A DNA stretch of 64,000 bases, from positions 245,681 through 309,680 of the forward strand of contig QPGO01000095.1 of assembly GCA_008632985.1 (NCBI GenBank), written 5' to 3'. A model generated the notes under the pieces. That model worked only from the letters and a program-made list of their open reading frames with translations, did not search any database and was not told the origin of the DNA. The translations under genes and the position numbers were made by a program. Numbering within the stretch: position 1 is the first letter of the stretch; each line of letters opens with the position of its first letter. Source of the stretch: Psammoneis japonica (taxonomy: Eukaryota). Positions 12,344-25,800 of the stretch are shown piece by piece.

Positions 12344-13616
12344 ATGACCATGATGCCTTCTCAAACAGCAATGTCACGGCTCCCAACAATATACTCGCTA
12401 CTTTCTTTCCATACAGTTCCTTCTTAGTACACACGGGATAATAGCGTTTCAAGGAATACAAAATTGGAAACAAAGAACACGGTATTCAACCTCGGGTCGC
12501 GATTCGGCACTTTTTTCAGTTCCAGCTGCAAAACAACGAAAGAAGAAACTGAAGTCCTTCCAGAGGTATCTTGAAGTTGAATGCTGGAAACGTCAAGAGC
12601 TCCGATCGTTGGAACCAGTTTTGACGTCCGTCAGTGAAGCTTTCAAACAAATCAACAGAATCGTTCAGCGGGCACAGACCGATGACCTGTACGGGGTGGC
12701 CCTCGGGCCGGATGGGATGCCCCTGGATGGCACCAACATTCAGGGAGAAGTCCAACAGCAGCTAGATGTGCTTTGTAATACAATTATGCTTCGCTCATTT
12801 TGTGGGAGCAGTTCCGCGATTGCCTGCGTCGCGTCTGAAGAAGAGGATGAGACCCGATCTTGCGCCGACGTCATGCATGATTCCTCCTTTGCGGTTGGTG
12901 ATTATGTTGCCGTGTTTGACCCAATCGATGGTTCCAAGAATATTGATGCATCACTTCCGGTAGGCAGTATTTTCGGGATCTATAAAACCCAGCCTGGTGC
13001 CTCAACGAAACCCGACAGCTCCTTTTTGCAGACTGGAGCTGGCCTTGTCGCGGCTGGATATTGTCTCTACTCTGCTACAACTGTCCTTGTCATCACGTTG
13101 GGATCCGGAGTTGACGGCTTCACTCTAGATCCTGATAAAAGCATGTTTCTTCACACACATCCAGACATTAGAATTCCATCAGCAGGTCCCATCTACAGTT
13201 TCAATGAAGCTAACTTTCATGACTTTAACGCACCCATTAAGCGCTATCTGGACGCCCTGAAAGCCGGGTCCAGCTCCGTCGGGGTCCGATCCAATGCGAG
13301 ATATATTGGTGCGCTTGTGGCGGATGTGCACAACGTGTTGATCAATGGTGGAATATACGGCTACCCCGGAACTCAGCCGAACCCCAATGGGAAGCTCCGT
13401 TTGCTATACGAATCATGTCCAATGGCACTCATCATGGAGCAGGCGGGTGGAGCTGGTTCGACTGGCACTGGTCGAATCCTCGATGTGATGCCGCATGAAA
13501 TTCATCAACGTGTCCCGACGTTTCTGGGTAGCATTGAAAACGTGTATGAACTAGACCAGTTTCATACCTACTACGGAGGCGAAGACGAAGACGAGCTAGT
13601 GGAGGAGGAGGAATAG
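12344..13616 (+). CDS. FBP: Fructose-1,6-bisphosphatase class I, probably plastid-targeted; apparent 1-nt insertion at ~12403
   Basis: Motifs QQLDV, SEEED, FDPIDGSKNIDASLPVGSIFGIY, YSFNEAN, RYIGALVADVH, GKLRLLYE. The frame stays open upstream of 12609 to SIQFLLSTHGIIAF (signal peptide plus AF motif). ATGs at 12344/12371 are one base out of frame. Confidence 0.93.
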
Positions 13617-13837
13617 CTTCATAGTAGATTTGATTCTAATGCATTTTTCTGAGGGTTCTCTGGCTATAGACTAGAAGGGTGAACTCTGCTCTGCCGACAT
13701 CACAAATTAGACGGGATACTGAACGACATTCCTCTCGGGTGCCAACCACGCTCCCAGCAACCTTGTACCGTAGCGAAAAAGTTGGCTCGATATGTTGCCA
13801 CTAGTAAACAGTGGAAGGTGACAACGAAGAGTGAATC

Positions 13838-16533
13838 TCAACCAGTGGAGCGATTGTTGTCTGATCGAGACGAACGACGTCCACCCATTGCTCTCCTAAG
13901 GATTCTTCCAAAGGAGCTTCCGCGTCTGAATGAGTTTCTCCGAGACCCAGAAGCGCTTCGCCGTTCAGACCCAGAAGAGCTTCTTCCTCGAGAATTGTGT
14001 GAAGAAGCGTTCCGCGTCTCCGCCATGGTGCCTCGAGAGTGGTCCAAACCTGTCCTGCTGATGCTAGAAACAGGTGCTTCATTGGAGGAAGCGCCACTTC
14101 CAGCAGAAGCATCGTTGGATTCACCGCTGTCTTCGCTGCCGTGCAAGTTTGTTGGCTGGGGGCTCTCTGAATACAGATCCGAAAATATTCCCGAGTCATC
14201 TTCGTCAGAAGTTAGCGGCGGGAGCGAATCAGGCGTTGCTGGCTGAGTGTTCTCGCTCTGCTCGGAACTACCAGTGCGTGAGTTACGAGAGCTATCAACT
14301 GTAGGGGTAGTAATTCCTGTCCCTCCTCCCATCATTGCAAGCCCGAGGCCACCAGCAGGGGGTCCAACGCCTGGCCCAGTCACAATGGCATGAATGTGAA
14401 TGTCAATACCGCCGCCGCCGCCACCACCGCCACCTCGTCCTGTTCCTCCTCCACCGCCGCCACCAGCAGCTCGTCCCAAAATCCTACCAAGTGCACCTCC
14501 AGTCTCTTCACGATTCCCATCTCCATCACTTCCTCCTCCACTGGCAAGATTGCTCAGACTGGCGGCCGCAAGGTATGCGCCAAGCAGTCCTGCTCCGTCG
14601 TCTGAAGACCCGCGTCGAGAACCGCGACTTTCACCACGATGGGTATTCACCATTCCATGAACGAAATCAACATGATCCGGATTCGGGGAAGCAGAGTTCT
14701 GATCTTCCTCTTCAGCTTCTTCCGCGTTCCCTGCATCAGCAAGAAGAGGGGTTGACGCGTCAGCATTATTCGACGATGTGGTGGATCGCCTGTCTCGATG
14801 TACATGTAGTAACGAAAACAACCCGGTTCCACTGGAGCTACTATTCTGCTCCGCCGCGGTTTCATTGTCTGCGGAAGCTTCAGTGGTTTCCGTAGTACGA
14901 TCGAGTGGCAAGTTTTGAGCCAAGTTAGCAACATGGGGTGCAGCATCCGTCAGCGTGCGTCCCAAGCGATCAAGCAACGGGGCAAGAACTTCCAGTTGCT
15001 GTCGAGTAAATTGAGGGCTGCTGCGTCTATTGTTTGTAGGGTTTGGAACGGAAATATAGTCATCTGCTTCCTCGCGCGTTTCTTCTCCTGTCTGAGTCGT
15101 CAGCCAGGGCATGTGTGATGAGGCGTTTGCAGAACTAGATATAGGGTTTTCGCCGCTCGACCCTTCAGTAGCAGTTGATACCGTTTCGGCGAGCAAATCG
15201 TTTACTGAAGTCATGACACGACTGAGCTCGGGAAGCAAGTTCTGCCTATCGACGTCGTCGTCTTCATCGACAATGTGCGTTGCAGGAGCCTCGTGAAAGA
15301 CAGATTGTGGGGAAGGCGATGTATGCGGTGCCTGAAACAGAGAGAACAAAATTAGCTGTTAGAACATGCTTCTCACAACATTAGGGAATGCAAAGCAGCA
15401 CGTGCGAACTTTTCACTTACCGTGTTCGGATGCCTCGTTCTAGTCCGAAACGGTCGGATTCGTTCCGAATCGGAACGAATCCATTCGTCCCATCGATGAG
15501 GCCAGCCATTGTAGTGTACCAATAGTAGCTGAACACCCTTGTTGTTGTGTCGTTCGCGGAAACCCGACAACTCGCCCTCCTCTTCGTCGCTGTCGTCTTC
15601 TTCACAGGGCTCGAGAAGCAGCAGTCTCCTACCCTCAAAGTCATTGGCAGTGACAGCCGGGTCAGTCGGTGCCCGAGTTGTAGAACGGGGACGTGGTTGC
15701 GCTCTGTTATTCCGACCTCCTGCTCTTGGAGGCAAAACATCGTCGGCCCGAACAATGTCAACAATCGTGGCTTCAAGCCACTGGTTCACAGTATCAAGGC
15801 AATCAATCCACTGTCCTCTGTACCACTTACGGTCAGCATCCAAAGGAGATAATGGGCTATCTGTATCGTTCGCTTGAGAGTTTGCCAATTCGGACGCAGG
15901 TAGCATTGTGTGCAAGGTCATCAGGCCCTGTCTTACAGGCTCCAGAGGCCCAGGATCAGGAGCGACAAGATCAGACTCGGTAAGCCTGTAATTCGCGGCT
16001 CGTCGACCCCGACTCCCTCGCGTGGTGCGCAACCGTTCTCGTTGCCCTCTCCGCCGGGCCGATGGTGATTCTTCTGTCGGGTCATCGTCATCATCTGCCG
16101 AGAGACCCAACAACGCAGCCAGCAACGAGGCGGTGCCGGTTCCAGAGATAGTAGTTCCGCCATTGGTCGATTCTTCTGTGGAATTCTCAGACGCAGTCTC
16201 GCCCTGTGGAGTCGTCGTCGGCGTCGAAGGCTCGGAAGAGCGTTTTGGAACCAAGTGTATTGTTTGTCCGTCGCACAGTCCAGTGACATCTCCAATCTTT
16301 CTGCTACTATTCTGATCTGAAGAATCCTCGTTACTGTTTGCAGCAGCTCCTCCGAGCAATCGGCCTCGGTAAATCAGACGCTGTTGTGATGCCTTCAATC
16401 CAGTCACGCCTTCAATCTTATCATGCAGACTCGTCATGTCATCGTCTGGAGAAACAGTCACTGTGAAGTCCTTGTCTTTTCCTTCAGCTTCAAGACCTCC
16501 AACTGTCTTTATGGATATCGACCACGGTGTCAT
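13838..16533 (-). CDS. Ubiquitin-like domain protein with an MBT/Tudor-like (royal-family) barrel and a long disordered C-terminus; intron 15332-15420
   Basis: N-terminal UBL (ISIKTV...QQRLIYRGRLL); split barrel GQWIDCLDTVNQWLEATIV...VHYNGWPHRWDEWI; GTAAGT...TTTCAG phase-0 intron joins PNT|APH. Confidence 0.85.
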
Positions 16534-17572
16534 GTTGTTATTATTAGTTTTCCAAAGAGCGGATCGTTATCATTCGCATAAATGCGTTCTCAGTCGTCTT
16601 TGTTGTATCGTGCTATGCTGTTGTTGTGTCAACAGCCTGCTTCTCTATCTTGCTTTCTGATTCGCTCTTGATGACAGCACCAGAAAGAACTCGAAAACAC
16701 TCCAACACTGCTGAATACGAAAAATAAAAATTGAATATATAATTACAAGCATTTAGATAAGAAAATAATATTCAGAGGGTCGAAACAAGTTCATTCACGA
16801 AACAAGAATGACTTGCGCACAAGAAGCCGGCGCAATCGCAACGACGAACCCATGAACAGCCTTCTTTTTGAAGCTGCATCACACAATAAAAATGACACGC
16901 TAGCGGTATAGATGTTGTGGCATTGCTCACCTCTCACTACTTGACCGTTTGCCTTGCTTGTTTTCAGAGTTGTTTTGAGCTGAATGCTCGTTCTGTTTTG
17001 TGCCGCCCAGCATACGTCAGCAATGCTGCAATTCTACGTAGAATCCACGTAGCATGCCGGCTCGTTTGACTGACTCGACTCGACATAAACGAAGTTTGAA
17101 TATCGAAGACGTTTTTTCCGGGCAGGTCTCCTCTTGGGAAGCTAGAGAGAAGATATTGTCGCATAGTCTATTTAGATGCCTCCCAGTTTCCATACGTTAG
17201 ACACAAGGCGAAGCCTATTCGTCTCTCAACGGCTGGCCGAGCTGCATTCGACCGAGTGGAGAATGACGCAGTCGAGAAGTCAAGAGAAAATTTTTGAGCA
17301 AACAAGAAGTCCAAAGACTAGGTACCATATGGCATTGGACTGCATAGAAAAATTGTGAACGAGCAAGCAAAATTGCACGTGGCTTGGAGATCTATTTCGA
17401 CTAGCAAAGCAATCTCTGTTTCGTTTTCTTTCGTCCATTGCTGCGGGTCGACGGTGTTGGATGCTGCTATTTGTTTTCAGAACATCGACCGGCTTCTTTC
17501 CCGTTTTCGGCATCCTAATCCGCATTGGTAAGCCAGTGTTCGGCGAGTCGTGATAAACAAGGGCACTAAAAA

Positions 17573-18579
17573 TCATAAAGGTTGTAATACGTTGGCAGCC
17601 TCGGTCAAGATTACTCGGAACCAATACAGCTGCAACACACCAAGCGGTAGATTCATTGCCAAGAATGTGTACAAGACATAACTCTTTCCCGGTCTCAGCT
17701 GTTCTGAAGCACCCGTCGAAATCACGTGGTTGGCGTCACTCCAAAGCAAATAGCTTACTTTCCACCACTCTTTCACTCTGTACCAGAAAAAGGCAGCCGC
17801 AAAAGCTGGCCGACAGATTATCGTGATTATGAAATCAAACCATGATCCAGGATTTGGTGGGAAGTACATGGCGAGATCGACAAGGACCAGAAACATGCTG
17901 CTGAACTCTGTGACTCCCAAGAAGAACACTGTGAAGCACTCAGAAAGAAAAAAAGAAATGAGAACGAACTCATGCTAAATGAACAAACTTTTCAATCATA
18001 GTACATACCAGAATAATAGTGTAGCACTTGATGTTTAATACACAGATAGCTCACAACCGCCGACATGACGTGGTGAGCTAAAAAGAGCAAAGTCGTGTGC
18101 TCTGGAATCATTAATGACACAAAAAAGTCCCACACTTGAAACGAGAAAAACACTGCCGCCAACATTTCGCTCTCTTCCAAATACCCATAGAGTCTCCCTT
18201 CGGGTGTCGAGGGCAGGGCCAAGTGAGCTCGTTTTGTCACATGCCATGTCAAAAATCCTTGACACCACAGTAGGCTATTGCAATGCCAGAACCAATCTGA
18301 AACGCAAACAAATCGGGACGTGCACACGGTTCCGTAGCGGATGGACAGTATTCGCTTGCGGCGGGTAAATACGTGTGCTTTTCAAAGAGAACAAAATTGC
18401 GGTGAGCGCAGCAGATTCTTGACGAAGAACAAATATCACGGAATATCCTATCTCACCGAATCTTTCAATGCAAAATACAATACCGTGTAAACCGCTGTCA
18501 GAAAAACCATCAAGGCAACAATGAATGTGCCTCTTCGTTCAAAACCAGAAGAAAGAGTAGGAGCTATTTGCGAATTCAT
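17573..18579 (-). CDS. TLC (TRAM-LAG1-CLN8) domain membrane protein, 3 exons; 1-nt frameshift at ~18259
   Basis: FQVWDF, LAHHVMS, FFLGVTEFSSMFL, FFWYRV, LQLYWF motifs. Introns at ~18380-18456 (GTGAG..AAG) and 17929-18008 (GTATGT..CAG). Confidence 0.85.
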
Positions 18580-18894
18580 TGCCGATGTATATTCAACATA
18601 TCTGTGTTCGACGATGCAAAAGAAGTTGTGTCGCATTGCGTCGCTCGTTGTTGGCGCAATTCCATGCACCGAAATTCGCGCGCGTTCAGTTTCCGCGCTG
18701 CACTTCTCTCCATACAGTAACCATGATCTCTGGCAATGAGTTTGCGCCGTAATTCTCGACGATTCCGACAGCCTCTTGAACAAAGCGTTCTTTTTCATCA
18801 CTGCGGGGCTCTCGTTTGTAAGAAACGTTGAGACACCACAAGCTGCAAATCCTGCATAATTTCTTGGGGATTCCATCAAACAGGCTCTGATCTC

Positions 18895-19388
18895 ATGGGT
18901 TCGCATTTTTTTTTTCAAAAGATGCCACCCTTTTATCGCTGTTGGGCAGCCATCTTGATCGCCCTCGGATTGCTCGCATGGATTGGCCAATCGATTGTGT
19001 TTCTCTTTCCAAAATTTGCAACTGACATTGGGCTCAGTGAGGACGAGTCGCAGGTAAATCCCGGTCTCTGGGCAGATGTAATTGGTGAATCCTTTTGCGA
19101 CATGTGGCTGGATTGGACACTCGTCGCAGCTGGAATTCTCTTGTGGTGTCAACACTTTCCTGGCCTTATTTTGGACTGACTGGAGGTGGGATTTATCTGT
19201 ACTTTGGTGTTCGAGGTATCTGTCAACGAGTCTCAGTCATGAAACGAGGAATAGCATATGGAGGCACAGATTACATTGTTTTTGCAATAGTCTTGTGCGC
19301 CATATGGGCAGTGGCTGCGTTGATTACAATTGTTCTGGCTGTTCGAAGACTCGAGCATATTCGAGGACAGTACGAACCAATCCAATAG
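18895..19388 (+). CDS. Small ~4-TM membrane protein (copy A of the triplicated unit); 1-nt deletion at ~19157
   Basis: Two overlapping hydrophobic ORFs join into one protein. The decayed copy at ~44190 (CAA TGC CAT TCC TGG) has the base that is missing here. Confidence 0.7.
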
Positions 19389-19887
19389 CAGTACATACAG
19401 TAGTTTCCTTTAGCACTTCTTCATGACGGCTTCGTCCTCCGGCAAAAAGGTTGGATCGAAGCCCTTATTTGTTTTCATTCCTAAGCAAACACGCGTTCAA
19501 CCTAGAGTAAATACTGTACTGATAAGAAAAGCGTTCTGACGAGGAAACTATTCTGTAGCCAGTAGAGACTGCTTTTATCAAAAAAAGGATTCCTATTCTT
19601 CGAATTTCGCACATCAATTCAAGCAGGTTTCCCGCGCTTTTTGCACGCGAGAGTGCGTTGATGCGCACGGGTTCACAAGGGGTGAAAACGACGACGGGGC
19701 TAACGTATTATTCAACGTGGAACTTTCAATTGCATCGATAGCAAGAAGTGCTTGTTCATAGTACTAAGTAACATTTCGATAACTCGAATAGAAGAGTCTC
19801 TGGCGGTTTCAAAAAGAGCTTAAAGAGATTGAAAGAAATTGACGCGTAGCAAGCAGTGTCGATTCTGTTTTTGTTTCTCCAGAAAAA

Positions 19888-21295
19888 ATGTCACGAACAA
19901 GCAGCAGTTCTCTCAATAGACGTCTCGAGTCTGAATTATACGAGAGCATTCAAAACCAAGATTGGGATTACACCGAAGAATTATTAGTGGAAGCTTCTGA
20001 GCTCCCCGTCGTACGACGAACCGCGGACAATACGCTTCTGCACTGTGCCACCGAACAAGAAGGAGTCCCACCCGACGTGATTCGAAAATTGTCGTCCGTC
20101 TTGCTAAGCTGGCAACGACACGCCACCAACAAGTGGGGTCTAACGCCTCTTCACAATGCCATTTTATTCAACAAAATCTCGACGTGATTTCTGTTTTGCT
20201 GGAAATTCACTTGGTGGCAATCGACATGGCGGACCGGAGCGGGCGGACACCCATGGACAATTTCTTCACGCGCTTGTTGGAACGTGAAGAAGAAGAAGAA
20301 GAGGACGAACATCCAGACGTGCTCAGTGAAGATCTAATTGGCATACTGCGACTTTTGACAAGAGCTTGGATGGAATACTACAAAACAAGTGGCTCGGGCA
20401 GACTATCGACTCCGCTTCATCGAGCACTGCAAGTTGCGTTTTTCACAAGGATTTACCCATGTCGGTGTTGAAGATCTGCTGGAAACAAGCCCGTCCATGG
20501 CACAAGTACAAGATGGCAATGGGTGCACACCACTCCACTTGGCTTCCAGACACGATGATCATAATGCAAATGAGCGGCTGCAGCTCTTGTTAAACGCGAC
20601 TCCAACAGTCGTCTTGGAATGGAGAGATGAAAACGGCCGAACACCCCTTTCCAGTGCTGTTTTTTTGGTTTGCCTCTCTGGAAATTTTTGAGACGCTTGT
20701 AGCTGCAAATCCGGCCAGCGTCTTCATTCCAGACAATGACAACAAGACACCACTCGACCTCGTGAGTGACTTGATTGCGAGAGAAATGGCTGTATCCGAG
20801 TATACCCTGAATGTTGCCGAGACGCTCGTCATGGGCCGCCGCAATTCCGACTCTGTATTGCGCAAGTCCATTCTCCTTGAGAATTGTCCTGTCGAGCTGG
20901 TGCGTGTGTTTCTCCGGGCTTTTCCACAACAAGCTCTGTGGAAGGACGAAAAGGGTAACCTTCCTCTCCACCTTGCAGCCACCTTGAAACCCAAACCACC
21001 TGAACTCGTTGCTTTTACGTCTCTGCTGAAAGAACTCGTTCAAGCCTTTCCAGCAGGACCAAAGACAACCAATGACGCTGGTCTCTTGCCACTGGCGTCC
21101 TTTATTTGTGCCGAGCGCAAGTGGAACGAAGGACTCGGGACAATCTTTCAAGCTCATCCAGCAGCCGTCATGGATCAGGGCTTGCCTCCATGTGCCGTGA
21201 CGCAGCTACTGTCCAAATTGGGCAAATGCTCAGACAACCCAACCGTTCTCTATCAATTGCTACAAGACGCTCCGTCTCTGGTCAGTCGAGTGTAG
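19888..21295 (+). CDS. Ankyrin-repeat protein, copy A, broken by several small indels (pseudogene or consensus errors)
   Basis: Collinear with the intact 35647-37071 copy (TLLH, TPLH, GNLPLHLAA), but split over four ORFs. Confidence 0.8.
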
Positions 21296-21376
21296 AATAA
21301 ACAGCATTATTTAGAGAGTAGAATCAAAAGCTGGCTACAACAGTTTTCAACACACATGTAGATTCCACATTCTTTT

Positions 21377-21630
21377 TATTTCTTGACTTCATTCTTCATG
21401 GCAAAGCTTTGCTTAAATTCTCTTGCACGCTTGAGTGCTTGGCTTCATTGTTTTTCCAAACCTCTGCCATGGCACAATCCATTGGATCATCAGGATTGGG
21501 CGCACTCAGCAGGGCTTGAATCGACAGAGCAACACGGTTCAAATCTGCAAGGCCAGTCTGCACTTGTCCATGAGAACATCCAAACAAAATCATCCAACTT
21601 GGATCACGTGGACACTCACAAACCACACCT
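21377..21630 (-). pseudogene. Decayed 3' fragment of UBC13, copy A
   Basis: [15 protein letters not shown]...AEVWKNNEA matches the gene at 54431-55035, with TA->CA and CG->CA/TG changes. Confidence 0.85.
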
Positions 21631-21894
21631 GCAACCAGCGTGTGGCCGCACATCCCATGTTCAGCCACACACCCCATGTCAAATCCTGCATCAGCAGTGC
21701 TTGTGGTGCCACTGCACACTCAGCAGCAACTGCAACAAACCCTGAAAGGCCACTCCAGTGACTTGTGCACCCTCATTGACAGCAGGGAAAGACTGGGCTG
21801 GAGCAAAGGGCAACAGCACAAAATGTTGGCATTTGGCATGAAGACACCACAAGTGCTCAAAGCTCAAAGGTTCTGCATGCCAGTGCAAGAGCAT

Positions 21895-22830
21895 CAGAAC
21901 ACAATTGCTGGCAATGAGTTTGCACTGCAGTTCTTGATGACTCAACAGACTCTTGAACAAAAGTTCTCTCTGTTGTTGTGAGGTTCTCATTTGCAAAAAG
22001 AGCTGCGGTGCCATCATGATCTCTGCAAACCCCTCAAAACTTCTTCTTGGGGGAACTCCATGAGAAATTGGCTCCAATGTTGCAGGGCTCACACACATTT
22101 TTCAAACAAATGTGCCATCCTTTTGTTGCTGTCATGCAGCCATTTTGATTGCCCTTGGAGTGCTGGCATGGGTCAGGCAGTCAATTTTTTTTTTCTTTCC
22201 AAAGTTGCAGCTGATGCTGGGTGAGCCAAGCAGCAAAGATGAGTCACAGGCAAAATCAGCCTCTGGGCAGACACAAGTGCTGGGGAGCCCTTTTCCAACA
22301 TGTGACTGGATTGGACATCACCAGCAGCTGGAATTCTCTTGCAGCATCAGCGCTGTCTGCCTGTTGGACTGTGGCACCACTTGGTGCTTTGAGCATCTCC
22401 AACAACCCAGTAAAACAAGAGCCGGCCTTGTTTTGGACTGTCTGCACTTTTGCACTTCGAGACATCTGTCAAGAGCCTCGCTGATGCAACGAGAGGCAGG
22501 AAAACAGCACATGGAGGCACAAGAATTGTGCTGCTGCTTTTGCAACAGTCTCACATGCAATTTGGGCAGTGGTTGTTGGCTGCAATTTCCCTGGCTTTTC
22601 GAAGACTCCAGCACATTCAAGACAGCACGAGCCAGCCCAGCTGACTGTGACAGCCAGCTTTGACATTTTTGCTTCCATGCTGACGGCTGGTGCAATCTCC
22701 TGCAAAAGGTTGGATCGAAACCCTTGTTTGTTTTGTTCCTGGCAAGCACGCGTTCAACCTCCAGCGAATGGCAAGAAGCGTTCTGACAAGGAAACTGTTC
22801 TGCATGCTCTGGCAGCCAGCAGGGCAAAAA
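21895..22830 (+). pseudogene. Hypermutated copy B of the small membrane-protein gene and its flanks
   Basis: Aligns to ~18720-19580 (AAILIALGVLAWVRQSIFFFFPK); TpA and CpG almost eliminated. Confidence 0.85.
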
Positions 22831-22857
22831 TTCCATGCTGCTGGAGTGTGCACTTGA

Positions 22858-25800
22858 TCAGCGCGAAGTGTGGAAGAAGAGGAAAACAGCGAGGGAAAAG
22901 AGAGAGAAGGGAACGAAAGAGAAAAGAAGAAGACAAGGAAAGAAATGAGGACATGACCTGAAACAGAGTTTGTGTGCTGTTTCATCTTGGCCTTTGTTGC
23001 ACACACCATGAGCATGTGGAGCCGTGCACCGGGGGTCGTGGCATTTCAGACACACCATTTTTGATCGTTTCTTGGTGGGAAAAAAGTCAGGCGGGAGAAA
23101 TCTCGGCAGTTGTTGGTGGTGAGGACACATGACAGGAAATGGGCATTGTTGACATTGGAATGGAATGAGTTGTGCCATGGGCAATGGTGCTGTCAAAAGT
23201 GTGGCGGAAGTTCTGGAAGCACACGCTCGTGCTGCAGCTTCTGCCTCGGGAGCCTCTGCCGCAGTTGCCGCCGCAGGAGCCTCTGCTGGCATGTCAACTG
23301 TAACTTGAGCTTCACCATCATTTGGATCTAGAGAGAATGATTCATCCTCTGGTTCTGGTGTTTTTTGCCTGTGCAGAGGTTCCGCTTGAAATGGCTTGGG
23401 AGCTCGAATGCCCTCGTTGCACTTCAACGCCTGCAGAGCTTCATCCTTTGCTGCTTCTCTAATTGCTGCAGATTTCTTAACATTGACTCGCCACTTTTTA
23501 TGGCAAGCAATCAAGTGACCAACATGCTTTGGAAATGTGGTGACTTCTTGACCCTTTTCCAACTGAGACGGGACCTTCACGAAGTCTCGACTCCAAATCT
23601 CACACATGATTTGAAATGTTTCTCGTGCATTGAGGGAGTGTCCATCTCAAATCAATCTTTCAAGCAGTGTCTTGAACAGCAGCCGCTCATTCTTGCAGGC
23701 AACTGGCGTGTGCGGCAGGTCTGAGTCCATCAAGCATGCCACAAATCGCCACGACGGCTTGAGCTCTTTGCACGGCTTGCCGTGCCGGTTGCCAGTTTCG
23801 ACGTGCGGCACCACGCCAAAAGGTGACCGTGTTGTTGCCACTCCTTCATCATGCGCTGCCCAACCAGTGCATTTGGGGCTTCCATGGATTCGTCGATGCA
23901 GCTCATTTTTTGTGTCTGCCAAAGAAGTGTCACAATGATGCATCTTCGGGAACCCGGGTCGGTGGTTCTCGGACGCACGCCAACTTTGCTGATGATGGTG
24001 ATTCAAAAGAACCGACACCGAGCATGTGGGTCCCGCACGGACTTGACCAAATGACCTCGTGCACTGCGAATGCCCCGACTCCGCTGCCCCAGCACCTCGG
24101 AAACAACGCCACAGCTGCAATCCATCTTTGTCGGTCTTTGGCTCACCACTCGCATCTAGAATGGGAGCATAGAAAGACACACCTTGAGGATCAGATGGCT
24201 CACCACGTGACAAAGCTTCAAGCACTCGATCAGCTTCAGCTCTAGCCTGCAAGTTGAACAGCGGCTTCTGAGTCTTTGAGTCCACCTTGTCTTGAAAATG
24301 CTCAAACACAACTTTAACTCGACTGCATGGGACATTTGAACGTGGCATGATTCTTCGGACTCGTTCAGCAACGTGGCCAAAGCTGTGGTTGACGGCTTGC
24401 TCCCATGTTTTCCCTTTCCTCGACAGCACTGCAGTCACTTCCTTTTTATCGTCGCAGTCATAGATGAACATTGCGTCTCGAAGAGCAGAAAAAAAGGCAG
24501 CTTTCCAATCATGATGAACAGGTGCCCTCACTCGTCTCATGAAATGGAAAGCATCACCCAGCACTCTTGATAAAATGTCTGCTTCATCGACTGCATCAGC
24601 AAGATTTACGGTGTCACTAACGTTTGATTGAGCTGCAAGCTCGTCGGCGGCATCAAGCAAAGATCGAACGACCCCGCCAATCGCGATTCGGTTTGTGTCC
24701 TGGATTGGTGTTAGGCTCTCTTCATCATCGACAGGAAACCGTTCCAGAATGGGAGGCATCTCCTCAGGGCTACAATCAATTTCCTCCTCATCAAGAATTA
24801 GATCCAAGCGTTCCAAAGATTTCTCATCAATGTCGATGGTAGACTCCCGGTCATTGTTGTCAGGCTTGTCGTCTGGCATCTCATTATTTTCAGGGCGAAA
24901 GGATTCTTCACCTTCGCCACACTCACAGTCAAACTGTTCGTTCAACGTTCTTTCTTCTCCTTGATTCGATTTTTCTCCATCATTTCCTCCTTGTCCACCA
25001 TCCGGCTCATTCCCGCCTCCTTCTTGTACACCAACACAATGCCGAAGACGTTTGTATTCTTCAACTATGACAACTGTCCCATCCGCAACCTTGGCAGCAT
25101 CTCGGAACGTTCGAAGATCACACGACCTTTGGTGCCGAATCTTGTGCTGAAGACCATTGCATTTACAACGCCTGTTCCCGACCTGTGTGAAGAGCAAGCA
25201 CGAGTCCGGCTTAAACACTTCTGTAACCTCCAGCAGAACTCTTGCGTCAGTGAGCTCTATTCCTGCTACCGTTCGGCCTGAAACCTGAATGATCCTACCC
25301 CGTGCAATCGGTTCCACACATGTCTTCCGGCATGGAAGAATCTCCACATCCAATCCCACTGCAAGCTCAGCTTTCATTAGACTAATAGAAAGATCTGGTA
25401 AATTTTTCAGAATCTCATATACTTGCGCACCTGCTTCGCAATCTCTAGAGCAATAGTGCAGAGCATCATCCGCTAGCTCCCCTGGTTTGTCCCAAATATC
25501 AGAAGTATGAAGAGCGGGCTTCGGCAGGAACCGCTTCAATAGAAGTGCCGAAAGTGCATCAAGCCCATACTGTCCCTTTGCATGTTGAACGAGTCCTCGG
25601 TACACCGCCATCAATCCGAGATTTCTCGAGTTCTTCATCACAAAACCAGCATGAGGGAAGTCCTTCTTCAGGGTAGTGAGATCATTCCTGATGTTGCTCC
25701 CAACAAAAATGATATCGTCACGTGACAAGAGACTTTGCAAGCGTGAAATAATCTCTTGCTTGTTTCGAATCTTCGCCAAATGAATCACGAGAACGTTGGG

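Noticed and set aside
18448..19155. 235-aa minus-strand ORF as one protein
   Set aside because: Only its last ~41 codons are TLC exon 1; the rest is antisense to the plus-strand membrane gene and its upstream region.
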